From a virus (taxonomy: Duplodnaviria > Heunggongvirae > Uroviricota > Caudoviricetes): DNA of 64,000 nt. Location: IMG/VR virus record IMGVR_UViG_3300042430_003153. One strand, 5' to 3'. Under the pieces are notes generated by a model. It was given only the letters and a program-made list of their open reading frames with translations, had not been told where the DNA came from and did no database searches. Within the stretch, counting starts at the first letter, position 1, and every line of letters begins with the position of its first letter. Below, one piece after another: positions 46,932-56,302 of this stretch. The position numbers and the translations under genes are program-made.

Positions 46932-47771
46932 ATGGAAACCAATTTAGTAGTTGACTTATTAAATAGAATTATTGAAAATAAAATAGAAATATACGACAAG
47001 ATTACTAATGATATTGATGAATCCGATTTAGAATCCATAAAAGAAGAATTCTTATCTACTTATAAAAAACATGCTGATAGAGAAATCATTTCGTTAATAT
47101 TAGAACACACCGAAATTGTTTATAAGTGGATATTCAATCAGCTAAAAATTGAATATAAATTAAGAGTTTTAAACAGAAGTAACTTTATTGTAGCAAAATC
47201 TAAAACTCAAATTGGTTTGGATTTTGAATATCACCACTTTGACTTTGATGAAAAAGATATTTTAGATAGTATCATTACAAAAGCGAATCAAATAATTGAT
47301 GGTAATTACACATTGTCTTATAATCTTCTTTATCTTCTTCCATTTAAGAACGGTAAATACTTTAAGTTTGGTATATCAACACAAAAAGATTTATCTAGAG
47401 TAGACCACATCAATAATTTATATGATATTGACTTTAACAAATCTATAGTTTACTATGGGTTAAAAACAGATATTCAGTTAGTTGAAAACTATATTAAAAA
47501 GATTACACCAAGAATCTATAACAATCCATATCAAGGAAAAGATGGATTCAGTGAAGTAAGAGATTTTTCCTTCTTTGAAAATATACTCGATAAATGTGAT
47601 AATCAATTTCAAACAGATTTTTCATTTGTTAGATATGAACTGAAAAATTTAGAAATTAATAATTGGAAAAGCAATCTTAAAGTAAGACCGGTGGTTAAGA
47701 AAGATGATTTTAATAGTTTTGAATCAATTCCTGAATTAGAATATTTACCTGATGTTTTCTTTTTAGATTAA
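46932..47771 (+). CDS. hypothetical protein
   Basis: 279 aa ORF. Confidence 0.5.
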   Translation: METNLVVDLLNRIIENKIEIYDKITNDIDESDLESIKEEFLSTYKKHADREIISLILEHTEIVYKWIFNQLKIEYKLRVLNRSNFIVAKSKTQIGLDFEYHHFDFDEKDILDSIITKANQIIDGNYTLSYNLLYLLPFKNGKYFKFGISTQKDLSRVDHINNLYDIDFNKSIVYYGLKTDIQLVENYIKKITPRIYNNPYQGKDGFSEVRDFSFFENILDKCDNQFQTDFSFVRYELKNLEINNWKSNLKVRPVVKKDDFNSFESIPELEYLPDVFFLD

Positions 47772-47832
47772 ATTTATTTTCTAAAAAATATGAATACACG
47801 CTAAATCAATATATAAAAATAAAAAAAATTGA

Positions 47833-48792
47833 ATGGCAAAGTATAGAATATTATCACTTGATGGTGGTGGATTGAGAGGAGTCATCCCGGTATTAATCTT
47901 GAAAAAAATTGAAGAGATGACTGGGAAAAAAATCTGGGAATTATTCGATTGTATTGTTGGGACTTCTACAGGGGGAATTATTGCAGCTGGTGTAACCGTA
48001 ACTAAAAATGGCAAAACGCCACATTTAGATTTAGAAACACTTTATAAATTATATACTGAAGAAGGCTCTGTTATATTTCCACAGCCTAAAAATAAATTTC
48101 AAAAAATATTCAAAGATATTAATTCAGTTTTCAATCCTAAATATTCACCAGATGGTTTAGATAAACTCTTAACTCAATATTTTGGTGATCTAACACTTAA
48201 AAATACACTCAAGCCTATTATAGTAACTTCTTATGACTTAAAGTCAAATCAAATTATTATGTTCAAAACCAGGAATGCTCAATGGCATGACGAAAGATTC
48301 AACGTTAAATTGAAAGATGTTTGTAGAGCAACATCAGCAGCTCCGACATATTTACCTTCATATGAAATGAAGTTTGATGGTAAAGATAGAGTCTTAGTCG
48401 ATGGTGGTGTTTACATCAATAACCCAGTTTTAGCCGCTGTATCTGATGTAATTAAAAATTGTGATATCAAATTGTCTGATATCGAATGTCTTTCTATAGG
48501 AACAGGCATACATAGTGAGAGTCTTGGTGTAAAAACAGAAGGTTGGGGATTAATAAATTGGGTTAAACCTATCACAACAATCATGATGCAAGCATCATCA
48601 ATGTCTGTCGACTATCAAAGTGACCAATTGTTAAAAAAACATTTGAGACTTCAAATAAAAATTGAAGACCAATCAAAAACTGATATGGCTGATTCAAGAC
48701 CAGAAACCACTCAATATTTAGTAGATAAAGTTAAAAAAGAAATATTTGATGATGTTGAATTGATGAAAAAGTTACAAAGATTCTTTAAGTAA
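47833..48792 (+). CDS. patatin-like phospholipase
   Basis: LDGGGLRG (oxyanion hole), GTSTGG (GxSxG nucleophile) and VDGGVYINNP (catalytic DGG). Confidence 0.8.
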   Translation: MAKYRILSLDGGGLRGVIPVLILKKIEEMTGKKIWELFDCIVGTSTGGIIAAGVTVTKNGKTPHLDLETLYKLYTEEGSVIFPQPKNKFQKIFKDINSVFNPKYSPDGLDKLLTQYFGDLTLKNTLKPIIVTSYDLKSNQIIMFKTRNAQWHDERFNVKLKDVCRATSAAPTYLPSYEMKFDGKDRVLVDGGVYINNPVLAAVSDVIKNCDIKLSDIECLSIGTGIHSESLGVKTEGWGLINWVKPITTIMMQASSMSVDYQSDQLLKKHLRLQIKIEDQSKTDMADSRPETTQYLVDKVKKEIFDDVELMKKLQRFFK

Positions 48793-48795
48793 TTA

Positions 48796-49305
48796 ATGGG
48801 TAGAAAATCATCAATCAATAAAGTAAAACGAGATAACTCTAAATCAAAAAATATAGAATCGGCTTTAGTAATGTATCTTTATCAAAAGTCTCATTCACCA
48901 ATAACAACCAGATTTACTGGAATGGGTCTTCAAGAGTGTGACGTTATTTCTGTAAGTAAGTCTGATTACATTTATGAATATGAAATTAAAATAAGTCGTC
49001 AGGATTTTAAAAAAGATTTCATTAAAGAAAAACATTCACACATCTTAAACGAGAAATTCACTTATGTTAGAAAAGGTGAACAACTTTTCAGAGTTTGTAA
49101 TTACTTTAACTACGTTGTTCCAAAAGATTTGATTTCAGTTGAAGAAGTTCCTGAATACGCTGGTTTAATTTATATCAATGAAGATTTTACTTTTGAGATT
49201 GTTAAGAAACCAAAATTGTTACATAAGACTAAGGCTACACCTGGATTTATTAGACAATTAGCACATAACTTAAGTTGTAAATTAATATTTAATAAAATAG
49301 TTTAA
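48796..49305 (+). CDS. hypothetical protein, possible PD-(D/E)xK nuclease fold
   Basis: CDVISVSKSDYIYEYEIKISR has a D...ExK-like arrangement. Weak. Confidence 0.4.
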   Translation: MGRKSSINKVKRDNSKSKNIESALVMYLYQKSHSPITTRFTGMGLQECDVISVSKSDYIYEYEIKISRQDFKKDFIKEKHSHILNEKFTYVRKGEQLFRVCNYFNYVVPKDLISVEEVPEYAGLIYINEDFTFEIVKKPKLLHKTKATPGFIRQLAHNLSCKLIFNKIV

Positions 49306-49311
49306 TAAAAA

Positions 49312-49341
49312 AACCTCATTTTTAAGTGAGGTTTTTTTTAT
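49312..49341. terminator. bidirectional terminator hairpin
   Basis: AACCTCATTTTTAAGTGAGGTT flanked by an A-run and a T-run, between convergent genes. Confidence 0.6.
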
Positions 49342-49347
49342 AAGTTA

Positions 49348-49638
49348 TTAAGACATTGATGGATAAATACCCTCTAATGCTATATAAGTTTCTATAAAAA
49401 CTTTACCATTGTGTACCTCACCAACTCTTAGTTGGATAACATTTCCGTTTTCATCTTTTGGTCTTAAATCCGGTAAGCCAAATGTTTCAACACCATCACC
49501 ACCATAACTAGTTCCCAATAAATTGTATAACACATCATTCTCAGCGATAGATAATAACTGTCCGTGACAGTAAGCCCAACCAGCGGGGCAAAAATTGTAA
49601 GGAAATTGAGCTAACTCCCCAATAAATACTTCATCCAT
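49348..49638 (-). CDS. phage tail-collar-domain protein (PF07484-like)
   Basis: FPYNFCPAGWAYCHGQLLSI...LYNLLGTSYGGDGVETFGLPDLR matches the tail-collar/MdpB consensus. 96 aa. Confidence 0.65.
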   Translation of the reverse strand: MDEVFIGELAQFPYNFCPAGWAYCHGQLLSIAENDVLYNLLGTSYGGDGVETFGLPDLRPKDENGNVIQLRVGEVHNGKVFIETYIALEGIYPSMS

Positions 49639-49654
49639 AATTAAATTTTATTTT

Positions 49655-49945
49655 TTAGCTTCTTGAAGGATAAATTCCGTTTAATGCAATATAGTAATCC
49701 ATATAAGGTTTACCTTCATAAATATCACCAACTTGAAGTTGAATAACATTTCCGTTTTCATCTTTTGGTCTTAAATCAGGTAAGGCAAATGTGGTTCTAC
49801 CATCACCACCGAAAGTAATTCCTAATAGAGAAAACAAAGCAGTGTTTTGTTGTATAGACATGATTTGACCGTGACACGATGCCCAGTTTTTTGGTGCGAA
49901 ATTATAAGGATACTGACATATTTCTCCTACGAATGGTTCATACAT
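49655..49945 (-). CDS. phage tail-collar-domain protein, tandem paralog
   Basis: ~60% identical to 49348..49638. YPYNFAPKNWASCHGQ...GGDGRTTFALPDLR. Confidence 0.65.
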   Translation of the reverse strand: MYEPFVGEICQYPYNFAPKNWASCHGQIMSIQQNTALFSLLGITFGGDGRTTFALPDLRPKDENGNVIQLQVGDIYEGKPYMDYYIALNGIYPSRS

Positions 49946-50032
49946 AATTAATTTTTATTTTTATATATTGAATTGAAAGAGGTCCTTTTAAGACATACAC
50001 AAAATAATTAGTGATAAACAATAATGTAACAT

Positions 50033-50785
50033 TTGGTTTTTAATCCGTATCTTTACAAATCAATATATAATACAATGAGAATAACATTTTTATCAGACAC
50101 ACATACTAAACACAGATTAGTAAATTCTTTTTTACCGGGTGGTGATATATTAATTCATGCTGGTGATTTTATGTCAAGTGGATATAACCCATCAGAAGCC
50201 GAAAGCTTTTTTAGTTGGTATGATTCAATAGAGGGATATGAAACTAAAATTCTTATCTCTGGAAATCATGACCGAATTATGGAAAATGATCCAAGTTGGG
50301 CATCTGGTATACTAACCGGTTATAAAACAATTGAGTATTTACAGGATGATGGATTAACACTTTATTTTGATGGACCTAATGGAGATTTTCCAGAAGATAA
50401 TATTCATATATGGGGATCTCCGTGGCAACCTGAGTTTTGTAATTGGGCTTTTAATTTACCTCGAAATGGTGAAGAAATTAAAGGAAAATGGAATTTAATA
50501 CCACAAAATACCGATATACTAATAACACACGGACCTCCTTTCAGCAAATTAGACTTTGTTAATCGAGGAGGAAATGTTGGATGTGAAGGATTATTGAGTA
50601 GAGTTGGTGATGTAAAACCAAAAATACATGTATTTGGTCACATTCATGAAGGTGCTGGTTATGTATTTGATGGCACAACACACTTTTTTAACGCATCAGT
50701 TCTTAATGATAGATATGAGTTTCGAAATAAACCAATTACAATTGATTGGAACCCCGAAACAAATGAGATTGAATTTATTGATTAA
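50033..50785 (+). CDS. metallophosphoesterase (calcineurin-like); probable true start ATG 50075
   Basis: MRITFLSDTH, HAGDF, GNHD, THGPP and GHIHE motifs. Confidence 0.7.
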   Translation: MVFNPYLYKSIYNTMRITFLSDTHTKHRLVNSFLPGGDILIHAGDFMSSGYNPSEAESFFSWYDSIEGYETKILISGNHDRIMENDPSWASGILTGYKTIEYLQDDGLTLYFDGPNGDFPEDNIHIWGSPWQPEFCNWAFNLPRNGEEIKGKWNLIPQNTDILITHGPPFSKLDFVNRGGNVGCEGLLSRVGDVKPKIHVFGHIHEGAGYVFDGTTHFFNASVLNDRYEFRNKPITIDWNPETNEIEFID

Positions 50786-50855
50786 TAAATTTTTTAAGTA
50801 TTGTATCAACTTTAAAAAAGTTTTTGATATGACTCTTAAATAATAAATTACTTAC

Positions 50856-51740
50856 ATGAAAACACTCCTAACAATTTTACTCTTTACGACATTTACAACT
50901 TTTGGTCAATGGACTTACAAAACAATCTCTAACGGATTTGATGATCCTTTTAAGAAGGCATTTACTGCAACAAATAACAACGGATGGCTTGCTATGGAAG
51001 CAGGCGAATCTCAACCATTTATTGAATATCCAGATTCAATTACCAAAAAAATGTTGTCTATCACCGATGTTTTATTAATCAAAGATAGAATCACATCTAT
51101 ACCTTATATAAAATCTGATATTATTGCTTATCAAAGTAAAACAGCTTACATCAATAAAGTATCTGATAGCTCAAAAAATATTATTAACGATTTTGTTATC
51201 TCTCTGACTACATATAGAAATCCTAATTCTTATTTACTTTCTTATGAACTTCAGCAAAAAGAACCTACATATAAAATTGTAACTACATCAGGAACTTATT
51301 ACATTGGTGATACTGAATATTATACCACTGGATTTACACGTTCATATGAAGTAACTTATATGGGTTCTGGTTGGTCTGAACAAAATACTGGATTAATTAT
51401 AGAGTTGAAAAACTATATGAATAATTACGGAATTGAAAAAACTGTTAAATATCCTTTACTTTATTTATACGGGTCTTACTTTTGTGATGATGTAATTAAT
51501 TGCGATATTGTATTCACTGTTGGTGGTGTTGATAAAAAATATGTAGTTGAAGGTATGAAATCATCTGATAATACAATCCTTTTCTTTGATGAAGATTTAT
51601 TTTCAAATAAAGATTTTAAGTCTGATTTCTTAGCGTCTTCTAAAGTTAAAATTAGAGCTAGTGAAAGTTATTGTGATACTGAATACTTCACATTTACAAT
51701 GTCTGGATCTACCGCGGCTTATAACTTTGTTAATAAATAA
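50856..51740 (+). CDS. secreted hypothetical protein
   Basis: Signal peptide MKTLLTILLFTTFTTFGQ. Confidence 0.5.
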   Translation: MKTLLTILLFTTFTTFGQWTYKTISNGFDDPFKKAFTATNNNGWLAMEAGESQPFIEYPDSITKKMLSITDVLLIKDRITSIPYIKSDIIAYQSKTAYINKVSDSSKNIINDFVISLTTYRNPNSYLLSYELQQKEPTYKIVTTSGTYYIGDTEYYTTGFTRSYEVTYMGSGWSEQNTGLIIELKNYMNNYGIEKTVKYPLLYLYGSYFCDDVINCDIVFTVGGVDKKYVVEGMKSSDNTILFFDEDLFSNKDFKSDFLASSKVKIRASESYCDTEYFTFTMSGSTAAYNFVNK

Positions 51741-51747
51741 TAGAGAT

Positions 51748-51987
51748 ATGAAAAACTTATTATCTATTATATGTTTATTATTTATTATAACTTCATGTAA
51801 GACAAATTCTAATTGTGACGCTTACTCACAATTATTAAAAACAAAAACAGACTCTCTTGAAACCGAAGTTCAAAATAAAAAAGATTCTATTAATCTATTA
51901 AACAATTATATTATTTTCTTAGAAAATGAAACACAGTTTTTAGGTAGCGTTCTTGCAGAGAAAGAATTCGAAGACGGTATTGAATAA
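51748..51987 (+). CDS. small lipoprotein with coiled-coil (spanin-like?)
   Basis: MKNLLSIICLLFIITSCK lipobox, then a helical region. 79 aa. The ORF track's longer 51661 start overlaps the upstream gene. Confidence 0.4.
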   Translation: MKNLLSIICLLFIITSCKTNSNCDAYSQLLKTKTDSLETEVQNKKDSINLLNNYIIFLENETQFLGSVLAEKEFEDGIE

Positions 51988-51992
51988 AAAAA

Positions 51993-52020
51993 GAGAGTCA
52001 AATGACTCTCTTTTTTTTTA
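51993..52020 (+). terminator. rho-independent terminator, near-identical hairpin to 2031..2048
   Basis: GAGAGTCAAATGACTCTC followed by T9. Confidence 0.65.
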
Positions 52021-52050
52021 TGATTTCTTTGTCAATCTAAAATTAATCCG

Positions 52051-52058
52051 TATATTTG
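52051..52058 (+). promoter_or_regulatory. Bacteroidetes-type -7 promoter element TATATTTG
   Basis: In the 170-nt gap upstream of the codon-optimised gene at 52191. Implies a long 5' UTR if used. Confidence 0.35.
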
Positions 52059-52190
52059 TATTGTCTGATTGGGGCAACGATTTAGATACAACAATCAGAA
52101 AAAAAGATAAGGAAATATTTGGTGAACCCAGAAAAACTCCTTATCTTTGTTAAAAGAAATTAATCACTACAAATAAAAAACGAAAAAATT

Positions 52191-52814
52191 ATGGCAACTA
52201 ACTTATTTCAAAAGGCAAAGAAAGCAGCACCCGCTAAGACTACAGCATCAAAAGACAAAAAAGTTCGTCTTCAAGTAACTGACCCTACATTCTTCTCTAA
52301 AGTTGAGAAGTTGGAGCAACTAAACGACACTTTAAAATCAGCTAAAGCTCAAGCTGACATGATTTCTGACGAAATCAAAGACTTGGCTAAATCTGAGTGG
52401 GTTGATTACTACTCTCAAACTGGTAAAAACCCTGAGTCTGTTATGATTGTTCAAGAGGTAGCCGGAGACACTGCACAAGTTATGTTTATACCGACTGACA
52501 AGTATATCACAGTTACTGAGGCGAGAGCTGAAGAGTTACGTGAGACTTACGGTGAAGAAATCGTTGAAGAAGAAACTACTTTTTCTTTTGACTCTACAAT
52601 GATTGAGAAATACGGTGAAGTTCTTTCAATGCTTATCGAGAACTGTGCTGATATCACAGACGCTGACAAAGAGAAAATCATCAAAGCAACTACTAAATAC
52701 TCTGTTGCTAAAGGAACTATCGACAAATTGAACCAATACGGTGATGTTCAAGAAGTTATGGAAGCTGTGAAACCAGTTGTAGCACTTAAAAACGTTGAAG
52801 TTATCAAAGGGTAA
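52191..52814 (+). CDS. hypothetical acidic protein, probably highly expressed
   Basis: 207 aa. Visibly less AT-biased codon choice (gct/gac/gag/gtt-rich) than neighbours. Terminator upstream. Confidence 0.55.
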   Translation: MATNLFQKAKKAAPAKTTASKDKKVRLQVTDPTFFSKVEKLEQLNDTLKSAKAQADMISDEIKDLAKSEWVDYYSQTGKNPESVMIVQEVAGDTAQVMFIPTDKYITVTEARAEELRETYGEEIVEEETTFSFDSTMIEKYGEVLSMLIENCADITDADKEKIIKATTKYSVAKGTIDKLNQYGDVQEVMEAVKPVVALKNVEVIKG

Positions 52815-52847
52815 TCCTTTGATAATTTTTTTATATAAATTTTAACT

Positions 52848-52997
52848 ATGATAACACTTATTTTACTACCGATTGTTGTCGTTACCTCATTTTTAATTAG
52901 CAAATACTCTGAGCGTTTACAATGGAATAAACTTATTAAACTAGGTAGAATTCCACGACCAAGCAATTCTAAATTGGACCACAGTAAGTATTGGGTA
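52848..52997 (+). CDS. small single-TM peptide (49 aa)
   Basis: MITLILLPIVVVTSFLISKY... Below ORF-track size cutoff; hand-translated. Confidence 0.25.
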
Positions 52998-53251
52998 AAT
53001 CACTAACAATGAAGTGTAAACTATTCAGTCATAAGTGGAACTACTATAAAGAAGAAGTTGGACATACTGTTTCTTCACTTTTTAGTTATGGTTCATTTAC
53101 TACGATGGTTGATACCGAATTTAGAATATGTGAAAGATGTCAGTATAAACAAGTAAGAGAACATTTTACTGGTCGTGAATCTGATTGGTCAACATCCGAA
53201 TTAAGTAAAGAACAATTAAGAAATAAGAAACTAAAAGAATTAGGCATATGA
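52991..53251 (+). CDS. small Cys/His-containing protein
   Basis: C..H...C..C spacing (CKLFSHKW ... CERCQY). Start may be the internal M. Confidence 0.4.
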   Translation: MGKSLTMKCKLFSHKWNYYKEEVGHTVSSLFSYGSFTTMVDTEFRICERCQYKQVREHFTGRESDWSTSELSKEQLRNKKLKELGI

Positions 53252-53895
53252 GACTAAAAACATTTAATGACTTCCCACATATTGATGATTCAAATATCGA
53301 TAATATCCTTTACAATGCTAAGGTTTATATCTTAGAAAACAATCTAGTAGAGAACGATTACCATAACAATGAACATATGGTAAATGTTTTCAACAATGCT
53401 ATGATCCTTTTTAATCATTACAAAGATGAATATGAACTAACACCATATAATAAACTCAGTTTAGGTTTAGCAGCACTGTTTCACGACTTTAATCACTCTG
53501 GTGGTAAATTAAAAGATAGTGAAAATATCGAACTTGCCTTAGTATCCTTAAAAGAGTTTTTAGATACTATTACCGAGTTCACGAAGTTCACTAATAAGTC
53601 AGACTTATATTCTCAAATCGAGAACATTATAATCGCAACTGAGTTCCCACACTTAGATATCGATTTAGATATCCTACAAAAAATCATCAGAGACGCTGAT
53701 ACAATGGGTGGTATCATCGAAGGGTGGAAATCTGTTGTTACTAATTTAGCTAGTGAGTATAATAAGTCTCTAGAAGAATTCATTCCAACACAAATCAAAT
53801 TCTTAGATACTGTTAAATTCAATACAGATTATTGTAATGAGTTACTAAAGAATAATAAAGAAAAGATTATTGAAGAATTAAATAAAATGAAATAA
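53248..53895 (+). CDS. HD-domain phosphohydrolase-like protein
   Basis: H...(AALFHDFNH)...D (IRDADTMG) arrangement consistent with the HD motif. Confidence 0.5.
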   Translation: MRLKTFNDFPHIDDSNIDNILYNAKVYILENNLVENDYHNNEHMVNVFNNAMILFNHYKDEYELTPYNKLSLGLAALFHDFNHSGGKLKDSENIELALVSLKEFLDTITEFTKFTNKSDLYSQIENIIIATEFPHLDIDLDILQKIIRDADTMGGIIEGWKSVVTNLASEYNKSLEEFIPTQIKFLDTVKFNTDYCNELLKNNKEKIIEELNKMK

Positions 53896-53912
53896 TAACA
53901 AACTAACCGTAA

Positions 53913-54134
53913 ATGATAAACGCTAAAGTAAAGATATTTTATAGTGAATATTCAACTCGTCTCGAAGGTGAAATGAGTGAATTTCTACAGACAATTGATG
54001 TAAGACAGATAATTAAAACTGATTATTCAACTGCGGCTACTAGTAGTGCTTACAGATATACTGCTATTATCTATTATGTAGAACTAGCGGATGTAAGAGA
54101 CGCAAAGATTGAAAATGTATTGGAAATTAAATGA
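53913..54134 (+). CDS. hypothetical protein
   Basis: 73 aa ORF. Confidence 0.4.
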   Translation: MINAKVKIFYSEYSTRLEGEMSEFLQTIDVRQIIKTDYSTAATSSAYRYTAIIYYVELADVRDAKIENVLEIK

Positions 54135-54137
54135 TAA

Positions 54138-54326
54138 ATGATAGAAATGAAGTATTTTAAAGTATTCTTGATGTGGACAGCACTTATTGCTACAGCCACA
54201 TATTACGGCGAGTATGTCGTAAGTAGAGAAGTAAACGGGTTCATCCAACTTGTAGGTTTCGTTGGAATGGTTGGACTCTTAGCGTTAGTAGTAAACGAAA
54301 CCATTAAAGTTATAAATAAAAAATAA
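54138..54326 (+). CDS. small membrane protein (2 predicted TM helices)
   Basis: 62 aa: FLMWTALIATATYY ... GFVGMVGLLALVV. Confidence 0.4.
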   Translation: MIEMKYFKVFLMWTALIATATYYGEYVVSREVNGFIQLVGFVGMVGLLALVVNETIKVINKK

Positions 54327-54332
54327 AGAAAA

Positions 54333-55283
54333 ATGATTAGCACAGTAATTTTTGTAGTGTTTTTAATTGTGGCAGTCCTCACCGCACTAAAAACAAGAGG
54401 TAGTATGTTTGTGAAAGGCACAAATAGTTATGGAAATCAAGTTGAAAAATTTAGCGCATCGTGGCTAATTAAACCAATTGTTATTTTTATAGCCGGTATT
54501 GTAATCTCAATGTTTCAACCATTCGCAATTGAAAAAGTTGATGCCGGACACAAAGGATTAAAAATCAATTTAGTAGGTGACCAACGTGGTGTATCTTCTT
54601 ACCAATACAAAACAGGTTGGGTATTGTATAACACTTGGACTGAACAAGTATTGGAATTTCCAACATACCAACAACACATTGAGTATGAAGACCAAGGTGT
54701 AATCCTTAAAGGTGGTTTCTCAGCAACTATTAAACCAACATTCAACTATTCTTTGAGAGAAGATGCTATTGGTGATATGTTTGTTAACTTAAGACTTCCT
54801 ATCAATGAAGTAGAAAGAGGATGGTTGAAAAATGCAATTATCGGAGCCGTTAATGACGTTGCAAATACTTGGGAAGTTGATAGTATCTTTAATCACCGAC
54901 AAGCTTTTGAATCAGCGATTGTTGCAGAATGTAATGTTAGATTGTCTAAGTGGTTTAATGTATCGCAATTACGAACTAATATTACACCACCAGAAGCTTT
55001 ACAAGAATCAATTATTGCAAAAACAAAAGCAATTCAACAAGCTGAAGCGTCTGAACAACAAGCAATTGCTGCAATCTCTGAAGGAAGACGTAAGGTAGCT
55101 GTAGCAAGAGCAGATTCTGCAGAAACTGTGATTAACGCAAACGCAGCAGCAAAAGCTATTAAGATTAAACAAAGTGAACTATCTCCACTTTATATTGAGT
55201 ATTTGAAAGCTAACGCTTGGGATGGAAAACTTCCAACAACAGTTGCTGGTGGTTCAGGAATGTTCTTAAATATTAAACAATAA
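54333..55283 (+). CDS. SPFH/band-7 (prohibitin-like) domain membrane protein
   Basis: N-terminal TM helix, then central domain, then Ala/Gln/Glu-rich helical tail (QQAEASEQQAIAAISEGRRKVAVARADSAE...) typical of SPFH proteins. Confidence 0.55.
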   Translation: MISTVIFVVFLIVAVLTALKTRGSMFVKGTNSYGNQVEKFSASWLIKPIVIFIAGIVISMFQPFAIEKVDAGHKGLKINLVGDQRGVSSYQYKTGWVLYNTWTEQVLEFPTYQQHIEYEDQGVILKGGFSATIKPTFNYSLREDAIGDMFVNLRLPINEVERGWLKNAIIGAVNDVANTWEVDSIFNHRQAFESAIVAECNVRLSKWFNVSQLRTNITPPEALQESIIAKTKAIQQAEASEQQAIAAISEGRRKVAVARADSAETVINANAAAKAIKIKQSELSPLYIEYLKANAWDGKLPTTVAGGSGMFLNIKQ

Positions 55284-55291
55284 TATGAAAA

Positions 55292-55313
55292 TCGGGTGGT
55301 GATAATTCACCAC
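55292..55313 (+). terminator. hairpin terminator
   Basis: GGGTGGTGATAATTCACCACCC followed by a weak T-rich tract. Confidence 0.5.
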
Positions 55314-55329
55314 CCTTATTAAATTAAAA

Positions 55330-55545
55330 ATGGAACTAAAACTAATTGTTTTTATACTTTTTGTTATATCAGCCTTAATCACAAAGGCTTCTTATGAAGA
55401 AGTGTGGGTTGATAAGCGAAAATTTTTAGGTATTGAAATATCTGAAGGATTTGCTCCAAAAACTCGATGGTTTGTAATGGGGTATATCACCATGATGTTG
55501 CTTATTTTTTTAATTTACTTAAACGATAATCCAATTTATATATGA
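55330..55545 (+). CDS. small membrane protein (2 TM)
   Basis: 71 aa with two hydrophobic helices. Confidence 0.4.
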   Translation: MELKLIVFILFVISALITKASYEEVWVDKRKFLGIEISEGFAPKTRWFVMGYITMMLLIFLIYLNDNPIYI

Positions 55546-55742
55546 AAACTAAATTACTAATACTCCTATCACTCATTCTATTTAGTTGTAAATCAACTAA
55601 AGATTACGGATGTTATTCATCATTTGTTGAAAAAGACACCGTTACTGTTGTGACTGAGCATGTTAATTATGATGGAAAATGCCACGAATCTATTACGGTC
55701 AGTAATGTTGTTTCTGATACTGTATATATATTTTTAAAATAA
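55542..55742 (+). CDS. small lipoprotein, Cys-rich
   Basis: MKTKLLILLSLILFSCKS lipobox. 4 Cys in the mature part. Confidence 0.4.
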   Translation: MKTKLLILLSLILFSCKSTKDYGCYSSFVEKDTVTVVTEHVNYDGKCHESITVSNVVSDTVYIFLK

Positions 55743-55751
55743 AAAAAACAT

Positions 55752-56027
55752 ATGAGCACAAAAGACAAAATTAAACTAATTGAAGTAGTTATAATCTCAG
55801 GACTTATTCTACTATTTACAATGTTCTTTACTTCTTGTGAAGACAGAGGAGTAAGAGCCCCAGAAACAAAACGTATGGAGTTAGATAAAAACTCACAATA
55901 CTATGACCAAAACTATAAAGTTTATACTTTAGAAGGTTGTGAATACGTTGTAGTTGGATACGGAAACTCAAGATGGGGTTCTCATAAAGGTAACTGTAAA
56001 AATAATATTCACTATGAAAAGAAGTAG
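55752..56027 (+). CDS. small membrane/lipoprotein-like protein
   Basis: Hydrophobic N-terminal helix ending FFTSC. Confidence 0.4.
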   Translation: MSTKDKIKLIEVVIISGLILLFTMFFTSCEDRGVRAPETKRMELDKNSQYYDQNYKVYTLEGCEYVVVGYGNSRWGSHKGNCKNNIHYEKK

Positions 56028-56175
56028 AACTGATAAAGTAATCGCTGGTGTCTGTGGTGGCATTGGCAAAGCCACCGGAATTAATCCGTGGTTGTTTAGA
56101 ATATTATTTTTAATATTAGGTGGTGGATTTTGGATTTACCTTTTAATGTGGGTATTTATTGAAGAAGAATTTTAA
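56014..56175 (+). CDS. PspC-domain small membrane protein
   Basis: MKRSRTDKVIAGVCGGIGKATGINPWLFRILFLILGG matches the PspC-domain consensus. Start taken at ATG 56014. Confidence 0.55.
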   Translation: MKRSRTDKVIAGVCGGIGKATGINPWLFRILFLILGGGFWIYLLMWVFIEEEF

Positions 56176-56302
56176 TTATGGAAAATTGGAATCCTAATGA
56201 CTGGCAAGGTCGCCGTAAAGACCAATATGAATACTCAGCAAAAGTTGTATTTTATTGCCTAATTCTTTTTGCTGTAATTACCCTAACATCAATTTTCTTC
56301 CT

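Noticed and set aside
52021-52190. 170-nt gap before the codon-optimised gene 52191 as a possible small RNA or riboswitch
   Set aside because: It has only a promoter-like TATATTTG and AT-rich sequence with no convincing conserved stem-loops. It is more likely a 5' UTR or promoter region.
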